Assembly (NCBI GenBank): GCA_964016885.1
Contig: OZ024754.1
Coordinates: 38,936,001 to 39,000,000 of the forward strand
Length of the DNA: 64,000 nt
Source: Eledone cirrhosa
Lineage: Eukaryota
Direction of reading: 5' to 3'
How positions within the stretch are numbered: position 1 is the stretch's first letter; each line of letters begins with the position of its first letter. Shown in pieces: positions 44,162 through 57,659 of this stretch. The translations under genes were made by a program, and so were the position numbers. The notes under the pieces were generated by a model. The model was not told the DNA's origin. It did no database searches and worked only from the letters and a program-made list of their open reading frames with translations.

Positions 44162-44772
44162 AAAGTGGTCATGTAGGAGTCACAACAGAAAGCACCCAGC
44201 CCACACTGTAAAGTGGTCATGTAAAGAAGTGAGAGAATTCTGGCCAGATATGGACAGTTTAAATGCTAAAGGGTTAAACTGCTTATATTTATCTAAAAAT
44301 TCATTCATGTAAGAACCTTTGTAATGTCCCAAACACCAACTTAATAAGGAGAAAGTTAGTTACATTACTAAATCCATTTAAATTCTTGATTATTTTTCCA
44401 AATTTTTTCAAAGCCATAAGCAATGTCTTTGCTGTTTCTTATATTTTACACCTACATTTTTCTTTGCTTTTTTCTTTGTCTTGAATTGTTAGAGAGACTG
44501 GTTCTACTCAATAAGACCCATAAACAGTCTTAAAGAGTTATATGTGATTGGCGCTCATCAATACAACCCTAACCCTACCTGTAAGAAAAATCTCAGTACA
44601 CAGTAAGAATAATTTCAGCAGCTAGAAATCTTTGAATTCCATTTGCGATGATGGCCTTTTTTTTTTTTTTCAAGAGAAGTGAAAAAATTAAGAGGAAATG
44701 TAGAATTAAAAGAAAACAAATTCTTCAGATAATATAAAATTTTGATATAAGCATGTGTTCTTATGTTCTTAC

Positions 44773-44802
44773 CTTTCGGATCTATCTTTTTTAACCATGG
44801 AC
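44773..44802 (-). CDS. Candidate 30-nt microexon (GPWLKKIDPK in phase 1; SMVKKDRSE in phase 2)
   Basis: Strong acceptor gtcttcttactattgcag| and donor AAG|gtaaga; frame-preserving. Confidence 0.55.
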
Positions 44803-45228
44803 CTGCAATAGTAAGAAGACAAAAATGGTAAAAATACTTTCATTAAGGATAAAAGCTTCAATTTATTTTATATACACACATACATATGTATGTGTGTCTG
44901 TGTGTATATATATACACACACACACACAGTCACACATACATATGTATGTGTGACTGTGTGTGTGTATATATAATTAAAAATCAAAGTGTTCAAAACACAG
45001 AGAAGCAAGAAAAATCATTGAGAAAATGTTAAAATGTTTAACAAAAGAGATTTGACAAACCATTCAGTTGCTAAATCAATGGAGGAATAAAGGATTAGTT
45101 ACCTGAGCAATAATAAAACCAAAGAGAAACTGGTGCCAATATTTATTGGCACCATCACACTCACAAGTATAACAATATTTGTTCCCACAGAAAATTTAAC
45201 ATCAAGAATCTTGCAAAACAAACTGTGT

Positions 45229-45266
<38 letters not shown>

Positions 45267-45315
45267 GCTTCCTGATGATTTCTCCCGAATGAAACAGTTC
45301 TAGTCCTGTAAAAGC
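45267..45315 (+). ncRNA. Type I hammerhead ribozyme (second family; relatives at 40152-40195 minus and 53013-53050)
   Basis: gcttc-CTGATGA-t-ttc-tccc-gaa-t-GAAA-CAG-ttctagtc-CTG-TA-aaagc (gaagc in the 40152 copy); inside (TA)n. Confidence 0.7.
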
Positions 45316-45525
45316 CATTTCTATATATATATATATATGTAGGAGGTGAGTTTTATTGTAGTACAATAAAGCAATGCAGATATCGGATAAGAAGCACTCT
45401 ACAGTTTGTAGGACTGGAGTATATATAATATATAAGATCAAAAGATGGTTAAAAGAGTTCCATGTATTTTATTATGCGCATTTCAAAAACAAATATTGTT
45501 TTTTAACCTTCATATCATGTCTTCC

Positions 45526-45596
45526 TATTTTATCTGATGAAAACACAAATATTATTGCATGATGATATTTGTTTTTGAAATGCGCATAATAAAATA
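45526..45596 (+). ncRNA. Type I minimal hammerhead ribozyme within a fold-back element (~45338-45635)
   Basis: Perfect 8-bp stem I; CTGATGA 45534-45540; 16-bp stem II with GCAT loop; GAAA 45577-45580; palindromic TGCGCA; AUA triplet. Confidence 0.85.
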
Positions 45597-45626
45597 CATG
45601 GAACTCTTTTAACCATCTTTTGATCT

Positions 45627-45678
<52 letters not shown>

Positions 45679-46058
45679 GAATATGTGAGAGAATATGCTC
45701 CGAAATCATTAGACGTGTCCGTCGAACCTGCGGGTCCAGAATCAGACAGATCCACACAATGATCGCGTCTCGAGCTGTCCACCGGGGAAACAATTGTAAC
45801 ACACAATAAATTGAGTTCAGATGCATCACTGATTTTTCGTTTGCTATTCTATCATACTCTGCTCTGTAAGAGCATAGAGTGCTCAACCGGCATACCGCCT
45901 ATGGAAGCATCTTAGCTACCATCAGACACACACACACATATATATATATATATTATACATATATAGATATACATATAATATATATATATATGCTAGCGTG
46001 GAAGATGGACATTAAACGAAGATGATGATATATATATATATATATACACATACATAAT

Positions 46059-46398
46059 GGAGGCACATGGCTTAGTGGTTATGGCATTGGCCTTGCAATC
46101 AAAAGGTTGTGAGTTCAATTCTCAGACCGGGTGATGTGTTGTTTCCTTGAGCAAGACACTTTATTTCACATTGCTCCAGTTTACTCAGCTGTAGAAATGA
46201 GATGATAGGCACTGGGTTCCCTATCATTCCACTGCAAAGTGGTCGTGGAGGTGCCACGGCAAAAAAAAAAAAAAGGACCCAGCACTCACTGTAAATGAGG
46301 TTGGTGTTAGGAAGGGCATCCAGCTGTAGAAATCAAGCCAGAGTCAGTTCCCGTCCCACCCTTGCAAGCAGGGAAAAAGCGGACGTAAAATGAAATGA
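46059..46398 (+). mobile_element. SINE family B
   Basis: Reverse complement of the 10327 copy. Confidence 0.9.
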
Positions 46399-46799
46399 AT
46401 ACACATATATATAATGAAAGATGGTATCCTGGAAGGGGAACAGGAAATATCCACAGTTAAATAAGGTACTCAATACATTGGTAGAGAACAAGCTTATTTA
46501 TTATATAGAAATGACTTTTTAATTGGATAGAAATAAAAATTGATTAGTTGAAATTTGTTTTGATGGTGGCAAGCTGAAAAAATATGTATTTAAATTCTGA
46601 AAGGCAAAAGAAACAATAATTGTTTCAAACAATGGCACAAAGTCAGCAAATTGTGGGAGGGGAAAGTCAATCAAATCAACCCCAGTAGTTAACTGGTACT
46701 TTATGTTATCAAACAGACAGAAAGATGAAAGACAACGTTGGTCTTGGCAGGGTTTGAACTCAGATACTAAAGATAGTGGGGCGAAGGAGAGAGAGAAGG

Positions 46800-46983
46800 G
46801 AGGTTGTAGGGAAGAAGAGAGAGAGACATTGACAGACTGACACGGAGAGAGAGAGAGAGAGAGAGAGAGTGAGACATTGACAGACAGAGAGAGAGAACAG
46901 ACTGACAGAGAGAGAACAGATGGACAGAGAGAGAGAGAGAACAGAGAGAGAGAGAGAACAGATTGACCGAGAGAGAACAGATG

Positions 46984-47029
<46 letters not shown>

Positions 47030-47645
47030 AGACTGACAGAGAGAGAACAGATGGACAGAGAGAGAGAGAGAGAGGCCAGACTGAGAGGGAGAGAGAGGCC
47101 AGACTGAGAGGGAGAGATAGGCCAGACTGAGAGAGAGAGAGAGAAAGTGTGTAAGTGTATGTGTGAGTGTGTATATGAGAGAGAGAGGGAGTGAATGTGA
47201 AATAGTGTGTATATGTGTGAGAGAGAGAGACATAGACAGAGAAATAGTGTGTGTATATGTGTGTGTGTGAGAGAGAGAAAGAGAGAAAAGAATGAGAGAG
47301 AGTGAAAGTGCATGTGTGGGGGTGAGGTGGGTGAAAGTGTGGAAATTGGTTGTGGAGGTTTCTAAAAAGGTCAGCCAGTACCACCACCACGTGTGTGTGT
47401 GTGAGTGCGTGTATGAGAGTGAGTGTGTGTATGTGTGTGTGTGTCAATGTGTGTGTGTGTGTGTGTGTCAGTGTGTGTGTCTGTGTGAGTGTCAGTGTAT
47501 GTGTGTGAGTGTCAGTGTGTGTGAGTGTCAATGTGTGCGTGTGTGTGAGTGTCAGTGTGTGTGAGTGTCAGTGTATGTTTGTGTGAGTGTCAGTATGTGT
47601 GTGTCAGTGTGTGTGTGTCAGTGTGTGTGTGTGTGTGTGTGTGTA
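46800..47645. repeat. (GA)n and (GT)n compound tracts
   Basis: Direct reading. Confidence 0.88.
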
Positions 47646-48911
47646 AAACAACAAAAACAAGAAGCCATTCCTAATTGTAATTCTAATAATTATCGCTCCT
47701 AATTTTAGATCTGTCCCTACAACATGGCCACCACAACCTTCGCTATGTTAAAGTGATGTTGTTGTTGTTGCTGTTCCTATAGGAGCAATCATGTCTGTGT
47801 GGATAATAAGTTTCCTTTGCAATCACAAGGTATTGGCATCTTGGACAAGTATCATTTACCATGATTTGTGATCGAAATTTGGTAGCCAGAAACTGTCTGG
47901 AAGCCCATCCGAAGGGCTGTACCAGTAATTCAGATCTCACACTGAATCTTCCTGAGAATTACATTAAGGGTTACATGTGTTTGTGGAATGCTCTGTATAG
48001 GTCCAAACTATGTGATGGGGGTAAATCCCCCTCCCCCACACCATATAGGCCACGCCAGCTGAATATTTGCAACAGAATGGACTGTTATAGACAGCCAAGA
48101 GCCAGGAGGTGGGGTTAAACTGGCTGATGGGGGTCAGTCCCCCACCCATGTAAGCCACACCAGAGATGAGATGAGTTGAGTTAGAGTCTATGAACAGATC
48201 TCAATTCATATTGGCTTTATTTGTCTGGACCTGTACTTTCCCCAGCAAAAAAAGACAAACATACCCAGTATGTCTTTGACGGCCACAGAATTAATACACA
48301 CATTTATGGATATTAGTGAGAATACATGGGACAGATAGATTTTATATATATATATATAAATATATATTTGATTTGAACTTGAAGTGTAAACACAGATTGC
48401 TGGAAATTTCTTCCTTGTTGAAAATCCAAGTCTCCACTTCTGTGGTTTACCATCTGATTAATTGGTGAAATATATTTCTTTAATGGAATATATACAGGGA
48501 AGATTAATCATATTATAAGGTATCTATTTTTGAAGTTCTGGTCAACTTTATTTAGTTACCTACCTAGCTATGTGTGGCTACACACTTGTAAAAATTATCT
48601 CCTCTGATTATTCATGTTTATTTATATGTTAATCCATCTCTAGTTATTATAAAATGCTCGGACCTACTCGTTAGAATCTTAGAGCTTATTTTCCAGGTGA
48701 TATGGCGCATGTCTTTCTGGCATGACACCCATAATTTTGATTTAGATTAAATTCATTTGATTTATCTTAATTTTGGATTTAGAGAGAGAGAGAGATAGTT
48801 GGGGCCTGATGGCTGAGCTCTGGCCATTTCGACAGGAAATTCCACACTACTATTCCAAGTATCTGCTGAATAATGGTTTTATTAGAAACTGGTAAAATCC
48901 TGATGTATCTG

Positions 48912-48961
<50 letters not shown>

Positions 48962-50505
48962 GTAGTAACACAACAGTTAGTTCACCATACCGAGAACAAT
49001 TGTTCCACCTTATGCAGATCTTCAGCTCGGACTGGTCATGGTTAAATGTGTGTATGTGTGTGCGTGTGTGTGTGTGCATGTGTAATGAAAAGGTTAAGAG
49101 ATTCTATTTATTCTACACAAGTTTCCACAAGAATGTGAGGAAAAATACAAGAGAGAAATAAGTGTGGTAAAAAAACTTGTTCAAGCTCCATTATTAATAT
49201 ATAGATGTGTTTATATATTATAAAGATTAATTAACAATTTTTTTTTCTTACATGCCAAACAAAGCAGAAGATTTGCCTGCAAACATCTACTTACACTCTT
49301 ACATTCTGAACATTATGTAAACACCTCACTCACTTCATCTAACATCACCTGGGTGAATACCTCAAAGGTTCTCTCCCTTAAACCTTTTCAACACTAAATG
49401 GTGCTTTCATTTTTCATACTACGAAATGCAGCTAAAAATGCATTCTAAGAATCCATCATCATCATCCTTTTTATGGAAAAACAAATGTAAAAAAGATGAT
49501 TACGATAGCTTCTTAGAAATATATTTATGATAGGCTGTGTTGAAGTGTGTACAGTGTCTTTATTATTTAATTATTTGAATTGTTCCTGTAAGGAAGGACC
49601 TCATTTCTAACAAAGAAACAAATCTCCCTCACTGAAATTTATATAAGAACAATGCTAGAGTGTTACGTGGGGAATTTTAGAAAAGTTTTACACATTTCTA
49701 CTGTTCCACTTACAGATTGTTGTATTTGCAAACTGTGTATCAGTTGAAGGTGCGTGGCTTTGTGGTTAGGATATTCAGCTCACGATCATGCATGAAGTTG
49801 TGAGTTTGATTCTTGGTAGTGCGCTGGGGTCTTGAGCAAGACACTTTATTTCATGTTCTTCCAGTCAACTCAGCTGGTAAAAATGAGTTGTACCTGCCAT
49901 TCAAAGGGCCAGCCTTGTCACATTCTGTGTCATGCTGAATCTCCCTGAGAATGACATTAAAGGTATGTGTGTTTGTGAAATGCTTAGCCACTAAGCATTA
50001 ATGTTAATTTAATGAGCAGGCTGTTCCATTGATCGGATCACCTGGAACACTCACCGTCGTAACCGATGGAGGGCCGTTCATCAGTGTTTGAAAACCCTAT
50101 CTTTTCGAGGTTTACTACCTCAGTCATTTACTAACATAGCTAAGAGCATTAATAATTATTGGTATACAAGTAAATGATTTTATTTGAATAGAAGTGAGGT
50201 AGTTGACCTCAAAACAGTTGGCCATAGTTGTCATATTTTTCATTGATTATAATTGAAATGTTCACATCGACAGGGCAGCTGACTTCTATAAAGGTACACT
50301 ATTTACATTTTCTATCTCAAACAATTACATCAGGCCTGCTATGCTTGTATTTGGTAGATATTTTGATGGGAATGTCCCACGAATATTCCTTGTGTTGCTA
50401 TACATGTATATATTCAATAAGAGAGGTATCCACTCTCTATCTCCTAAGACAGTATACTATATATTGCTTTAGCAACATCAGGTTGCATTGGGCTGGGGTA
50501 GGACC

Positions 50506-50724
50506 TTAAACCTTTGGCATTTAAACTGGCCATATCCGGCCACAATTCTCTCACCTGTTTCAGTTCAAACTAGCTGTAACTGGCCACTCATACTGATGTT
50601 AAGGTATTGTTCTCAAAATAAATGATATCAAAATCTCATAGATTCGATATTATGTAATTATGAGGTAAATACAATAATAAAATACAATAATAAATATAGA
50701 GTAATATAAATGCTAATGGATTAA
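50506..50724 (+). mobile_element. piggyBac MITE family 1 (another full copy at 56941-57170)
   Basis: TTAA flanks and family sequence. Confidence 0.8.
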
Positions 50725-52550
50725 TGACATTTTTGGCCAAGTGTAAGCATCTTTGCCCCCCAACTCTCTCTATATATATATGCACACATACTGTATACAC
50801 ACATACACACACGAGTTGAGTTCAAAACTTCACGGCTCCTATCATTGACAATAACTCCTGTACACTCTGTAGAGTGGTTGGTGATAGGAAGGTCATTCGG
50901 CCATAGAAAACCTCTCCAAAAAAGTATCAGAAAGACTTTTCAGCTGTGTCAAAGACATGGCAACTTCCCTAGTGTTGGTGCCACAGTAAAATGTACTTGG
51001 TAGAGCACAGGAACATATGTAAGTGAGATGCTGGACCCTGTCCCTTCTGAGAGTTCAGTAGCTCCATTTGAGTACTGACTAATCTGTGAAGACCTGTGTT
51101 GCTAGCAGGGAAAATGGACGTTAAATGATAATAGTTAACATAGCTCTACCTTACTCCATTAATTTGGCCTTAATTCAAATGTAGTGGTTTTAACTGAATA
51201 CAAAGACCATTCTGTTGTAAAGTCAATAACTGACAGTATTACTAAGAACCATTTCAGCCAAGTTAATATATAAAACTGAATGTAAAACATCAATAAAACC
51301 ATAAAACCATGAATAATAATCCTTTTATGTACACCTGTTCACAATCAATGGTGGTGTTGTTGTTACAGCACACATCTAGGTTTAGCTGACCAACAATGTT
51401 GTGTCTCATAGGAGGTTTCTCAGATTTTTTAATGATACAAACCCCAGTCTTATCATGTAGTTACTGCTCACACCTATGTAGATTTGGCTGACCTCCTACA
51501 AGGTTGTATGTATCTCATAGGAAATTTTTCAGATGTCTTACTGACAAGAGGCCTAGTCCTATTTTATTGTTACTTCTCACACCTATGTAGATTTGGCTGG
51601 CCTCCTACAAGGTTGTATGTATCTCAGATGTTTTAATGACAGGGATCATACTCCTATCATTGTAGTTACTGCTCACACCTATGCAGGTGTAGCTGGCCTC
51701 CAATGATATTCCATCTTATTCTGAATTAAGCAGGTCTATGCAGGCTGATGTATATCAAGCCAAGCCAAGGCTGCACTAGGGTAGTATATATATTCAGAAA
51801 TACATATAGATGAAACTCAATTATCTATCTTTTTCTTCTTTAGTTAGTTTTTATTCACTATGGAGCATTTGGGAACAGTTAATTAGCTGTAGCTGTCATT
51901 TCTGTAGCAATTTTGATTAATGGAAGAAAAGGTGTTACCCTCCCGCCCCATAAATGATCTAAAGCAGCACTTAATCAAGTCATTCTGCAACTGCTTTCTG
52001 TCATTCCATCACCCAGACATTCTTTAACACCAGACAGTGGTTTTAAATAGAAACTTATATTTCATTGTCAATTGTAAATCACTGAAACTGTTTCCTTTAA
52101 GCTGTTTTCAACACATTCAGTCATTTAAAAACTTTCTTAATAAGCCGTTCCTATAGAAACCACTCTGCAGTTAAAGAGCTTTTCAAGACATCTTTCCGCC
52201 ATTAAAACACTTTCTCAAATGAATGAAGTAAAATGTAGGTAAGTGGTGTCAGAGGTTTCATAAATTTACAGCAGCTGATTCCCTCCAATATTCTCTCTAA
52301 TTCCACGCTAGCGTGGAAGATGGACGTTAAACGATGATGATGATGGAAACTATGAACTGTGTGTGTGTGTGTTGATAGAAAAATGAGAAAACAGATGTTC
52401 TAGCGATGAGTTTTCTCATTTTTCTATGAATTCAAATACACTCTTGCTTCGTCTCAACATTTTAGTTGCCTGTGTAAAGACCTGACCTGTGTTGCTAGCA
52501 GGGAATACAGTGTACCTATTCTAAACCAACAACACACACCAGTATATGTG

Positions 52551-52731
52551 CGGTGGATTGGCAGTATCGGTAGAGGGTCGGACGCCATGCTTTCCAGCAT
52601 AGATACGTCCCTTTACGATCTGAGTTCAAATCCCGCCGAGGTTGACTTTGCCTTTCATCCTTACGGGGTCGATAAAATAAAGTACCAGTAATGCACTGAG
52701 TAATTGCTGGCCTTGTGCCTAAAGTAGAAAC

Positions 52732-52737
<6 letters not shown>
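52551..52737 (+). mobile_element. SINE family A, full length
   Basis: Near-identical to the array unit. Confidence 0.92.
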
Positions 52738-52768
<31 letters not shown>

Positions 52769-53246
52769 CTAACCCATGCTAGCGTGGAAGAACGGACGTA
52801 AAACGGTGATGATGATGATGATGATATATACACAGAGACAGAGAGAGAGAGAGATATGCCAGTCAGGTGAGGCATCCAAGCTGAAATACAGTCACTTTTT
52901 TTACTGAGAAAATAATTCTCTACACTATCTAACTATCAGTAGTGAGAGCTCATTTAGTTACTGTTTGGTTGTTTTAAATACTACAGTACTATGGTAGAAA
53001 CACATATTATTGTATGAAACAGTTCTAGCCCTGTAGAAACCATTTCTATATTAAATTTTATTTGAATAGAAGTGAGGTAGTTGACCTCAAAACAGTTGGC
53101 CATAGTTGTCAATGTATTGAATGCCTTACATACTATGTTTACCCCCGATTGAACCTGAGACTCACAGAGAGAGAGAGAGAGAGAGAGAGACATACATCAC
53201 ATATTTAGAGATTGATTGATTGATCAATATAATGAATGTCTCTTAC

Positions 53247-53312
53247 CTGTCACCTACTTTCAGGTCAGCACTGCAATATACAACAGGTGTGCAATACAAT
53301 ACTGTACAACAC
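53247..53312 (-). CDS. Candidate 66-nt exon (or 24 nt from an internal acceptor: ADLKVGD)
   Basis: ttgtatttcttatgacag| ... CAG|gtaaga; open only in phase 2; may be untranslated. Confidence 0.45.
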
Positions 53313-53626
53313 CTGTCATAAGAAATACAACCACACCTTAAACCCTACAGTCACTAGGGCTCTTGTGTGACCAATGACAAAGCATCTTGAGGATTTCTCA
53401 GTGGATGTAGAACACAGTCAAATGGTCCCAGGTTCAATCCCAGTGTTTGATATCTTAGGGAAGTGTCTTTACCATAGCCTCAGGGGTGAAATTGGATAGA
53501 AGGAAACTGTTTGGAAGTCCATCAGATGGAGTGTATCATTAATATAAAAAGGGCCAGACTTGTCACAAACACTATATCATGCTGAATCATCCTGTGAACT
53601 TTGTTCAGGGTACATATTTCTGTGGA

Positions 53627-53720
<94 letters not shown>

Positions 53721-53791
53721 GAAGGATGTGAGAATGAGTACTCAATACTGAAGTAGAGTTTTAATATTTATTTACTGGCTAAGGGGGTAAG

Positions 53792-53884
53792 CCTTGTTAC
53801 TCTGGAGTTTCACCTGTGTACTCACAGGATCATCAGATTAGTATTGTCTGATGATCCTGTGTGTGTGCAGGTAAAATTCTAGTA
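53792..53884 (-). ncRNA. Hammerhead fold-back (third family)
   Basis: Reverse complement: CTGATGA-t-cctgtg-agta-cacagg-t-GAAAC-tccaga-GTA-acaagg; plus arm ttgt-CTGATGA...AAAA is mutated. Confidence 0.7.
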
Positions 53885-53904
53885 TATATATAAAATATGT
53901 ATGT

Positions 53905-54280
53905 ATGTCTGTCCAAGAAGACCTGGGATGAGGTGATAAAAGTCGACCTTACCCAATTACACCTCTCAAAGGCGATGACACACAACCGTGACCTCTGGCG
54001 TCACGCAGTAATACAGAAGACCCAACCCCCCACGTGTACAAGCCGAAGCTGAAGCATATAGGCAAATGCCCCCACACCCTCCCACTGTAAAAAGCACCCA
54101 GCACTCACTGTAAATGAGGTTGGTGTTAGGAAGGGCATCCAGCTGTTGAAATCAAGCCAGAATCAGTTACCGTATGAGCAAGACAAGGTCAGCCGACCAG
54201 ACACTGCCTACAACAGGATAACCCGTCTAACCCATGCTAGCGTGGAAGAACAGACGTAAAACGGTGATGATGATGATGAT
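53905..54280 (+). mobile_element. RTE LINE 3' end with (GAT)n tail
   Basis: PRKTWDEVIKVDLTQLHLSKAMTHNRDLWRHAVIQKT; tail shared with SINE B. Confidence 0.85.
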
Positions 54281-54410
54281 ATATATATATATATATACAT
54301 ATAAATATATATAATAGCAGAACACTGGAAGGTTATATCCGTAGTAGTAGAGTACTCAGTCCATGGGACGAGTTTGGTAGAAGTAGTTCCACAACAGTTA
54401 ATTCACCATT

Positions 54411-54453
54411 ACTGAGAACAATTGTTTCCCCTTATTCAGATCATCAGCTCGGT
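54411..54453 (-). ncRNA. Minimal hammerhead (fourth family) in a fold-back 54378-54524; relative at 48958-49035
   Basis: Reverse complement: accgag-CTGATGA-tctgaataaggg-GAAAC-aatt-GTT-ctcagt. Confidence 0.65.
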
Positions 54454-54895
54454 TTAAATGATCCAAATAAGGTGAAACAGTTGTTCTCAGTAATGGTGAA
54501 TTAACTGTTGTTGAACTACTTCTATATATATATATTTATACATACACATACGCACATATATATATATTAACACATACCCACATATATATATATCTTTGAT
54601 GCTACCATATCTCATTATTCGTAGTAAATGCACATATATGCAGTGCTGAGATATGCATCACAAGCTTACATGCTTAAACCTGCTGAAAACACCTAAAACA
54701 GCAAATCTTTTATCATAAATATGTCAGCATGACTAATTCCACCATATACCACAGTGAAACATATTGCGCCTTCTGAAGTGGATGTTTGCAACTTTACAGA
54801 AAGAATAAATAAATATTTAGTATGTCAAATAGATAGATAAGATAAATCAAAATGAATAAAAAATGCAACAAAACAACCAAAGAAAAAAAACCTAT

Positions 54896-55673
54896 TTAAC
54901 TCTTTAGCATTTACATTACCCTATATTTACTATTGTATTTTTGTGGTAAAGGCTTTACCTCACATAATTCTCATATAATATCTCACCTAGCATTTACATT
55001 ACTCTAGATTTACTATTGTATTTTCGTGGTAAAGGCTTTACCTCACATAATTCTCACATATCTCACCTAACATTTACATTACTCTATATTTACTATTGTA
55101 TTTTCGTGGTAAAGACTTTACCTCACATAATTCTCACATATCTCACCTAACATTTACATTACTCTATATTTACTATTGTATTTTCGTGGTAAAGGCTTTA
55201 CCTCACATAATATCTCACCTAGCATTTACATTACTCTATATTTACTATTGTATTTTCGTGGTAAAGGCTTTATCTTACATAATTCTTACATAATATCTCA
55301 CCTAGCATTTACATTACTCTATATTTACTATTGTATTTTCGTGGTAAAGGCTTTACCTCATATAATTCTCACATAATATCTCACCTAGCATTTATATTAC
55401 TCTATATTTACTATTGTATTTTCGTGGTAAAGGCTTTATCTTACATAATTCTCACATAATATCTCACCTAGCATTTATATTACTCTATATTTACTATTGT
55501 ATTTTCATGGTAAAGGCTTTATCTTACATAATTATCTCAGATAATATCAAATCTATGAGATTTTGATGTTATTTATTTTGAAAACAACACCTTAACATAA
55601 GTATGAGTGGCCTGTTACAGTTAGTTTGAACAAAAAGAGGTGAGAGAACTCTGGCCGGACATGGCCAGTTTAA
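54896..55673 (-). mobile_element. piggyBac MITE family 1 with an internal ~80-bp segment expanded to ~8 tandem units
   Basis: Repeated tagcatttacattactctatatttactattgtattttcgtggtaaaggcttta... Confidence 0.88.
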
Positions 55674-55904
55674 ATAACAATAACAATAATGTTTTCTAAT
55701 TTAGTCATAAAGCCAACAAACTATGATGGTAGAGGTGTCGAGTATATTAACTCCAGTATGTGACTGGGGTTAATATACTCAACTTTGGAAGGATGAATGG
55801 CAAAGTTGACCTCGGCTGAATTTGACCTCAGAATGTAAAGAATCTAAACAAATATGGCACAGCATTTTGTCCAGCATTTTAATGATTCTGTCAATCCAAT
55901 ATAG

Positions 55905-56258
55905 AATTGTTTCTACATTTGGCACAAGGCCAGCAATTATCCCAGTGTATTACTGGTACTTTATTTTATCGACCCCGTAAGGATGAAAAGCAAAGTTAAC
56001 CCCACTGTATAATAATAATAATAATAATTGTTTCTACATTTGGCACAAGGCCAGCAATTATCTCAGTGTATTACTGGTACTTTATTTTATCGACCCCGTA
56101 AGGATGAAAGGCAAAGTTAACCCCACTGTATAATAATAATAATAATAATAATAATAATTGTTTCTACATTTGGCACAAGGCCAGCAATTATCCCAGTGTA
56201 TTACTGGTACTTTATTTTATCGACCCCGTAAGGATGAAAGGCAAAGTTAACCCCACTG

Positions 56259-56294
<36 letters not shown>

Positions 56295-56503
56295 TGTTTC
56301 TGATTTAGGCACAAGGCCAGCAATTTGGGGGGAGAGGAGAGTCGATTAAATCGACCCTAGTGCGTTACTGGTACTTTATTTTGTCGACCCCCGTAGGGAT
56401 GAAAAGCAAAGCTAACCTGAGCGGGATTTGAACTCAGAATGTAAAGAGCAGTGACTATGCCGCTAAGCCTGTTGTCCGACGTTCTACCGATTCTGCCAAT
56501 CCA
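55905..56503 (-). mobile_element. Three tandem 5'-truncated SINE A halves followed by a long-form SINE A
   Basis: Identical junction gttaaccccactgtataataat three times. Confidence 0.88.
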
Positions 56504-57659
56504 AATAATAATGGTGCTAATAATTTCTAGCATTATAATCCCATAAAAATAATTGTTTAAACGTTGATAATACTGCTGGAAAGTTTTATTAAAAAGCCAG
56601 AAAGCTTCTGTTAATATTCAACTGACTGACTGACATATGTCAAACAATGCTAATGATTTGGCTATTTAGAACAATACCAGATCAACAGATAATAAAAAAA
56701 AAAGTATTGTTTAGTGTTACAATAGAAACTATTCTAGTAAATAATACAAAAGACTATATCAACATAATAACAGGAGAAACATATCGAAGTCAACCTTGAA
56801 AGATTTGAACTCAGAATTCGTATAATGACATGTATTCAAAGGCATAACTAGGGAAAATAGCGCCTATAGCAAGCAGTGAAATTGCACTCCAGCCCAGCAC
56901 TGTATTTTTATCTATAAGCCTAATAATTTATATATATGGTTTAACCTTTTAGCATTTAAACCGGCCATATCCGGTCAGAAGTCTCTCACCTCTTTCTGTT
57001 CAAACCAGCTGTAACTGACTGTTCATCACCTATATTATGGTATTGTTCTCAAAATAAATAACATCAAAATCTCGTAGATTCAATATTATGTGAGATAATT
57101 ATGTAAGATAAAGCCTTTACTCTGATAATACAATAGTAAATATAGAATAATGTAAATGCTAAAGGGTTAATGATCCAGCCACCATAGTGTTTTCACCCAT
57201 GATAATCAGAGACAGATCATACATCTAAGGAGTTTCTTTTTTCACTCTCCGATGAGGCTTATTTAACTTTAAAAGCACCCACCACTCACTGTAAATGAGG
57301 TTGGTGTTAGGAAGGGCATCCAGCTGTAGAAATCAAGCCAAAATCAGTTCCTGTATGAGCAAGGCATGGTCAGCCAACCAGACACTGCCCACAACAGGAC
57401 AACCTGTCTAACCCATGCTAGCGTGGAAGAACGGACGTAAAACAGGGATGATGATGATGATGAGAACATGCTCCTAGTCCAAGTGGCACTCCTGGCACGT
57501 GCCATGCTTGCCATTCCCTAGTTATTCCTCTACATGTAATAGATGATGATGATAGTCAGATATTGGATGAGAGAGTTACAGGTTTCGGAATTCTAATCCA
57601 ATGTTGCCATTTTACTGTGGTTCTGGCCAGAACTCTTCATTATACACACTCACTTTATT

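Noticed and set aside
53247-53270. ADLKVGDR as a CAP-Gly, PDZ or ADH signature
   Set aside because: Too short, and no downstream exon continuing any such domain was found
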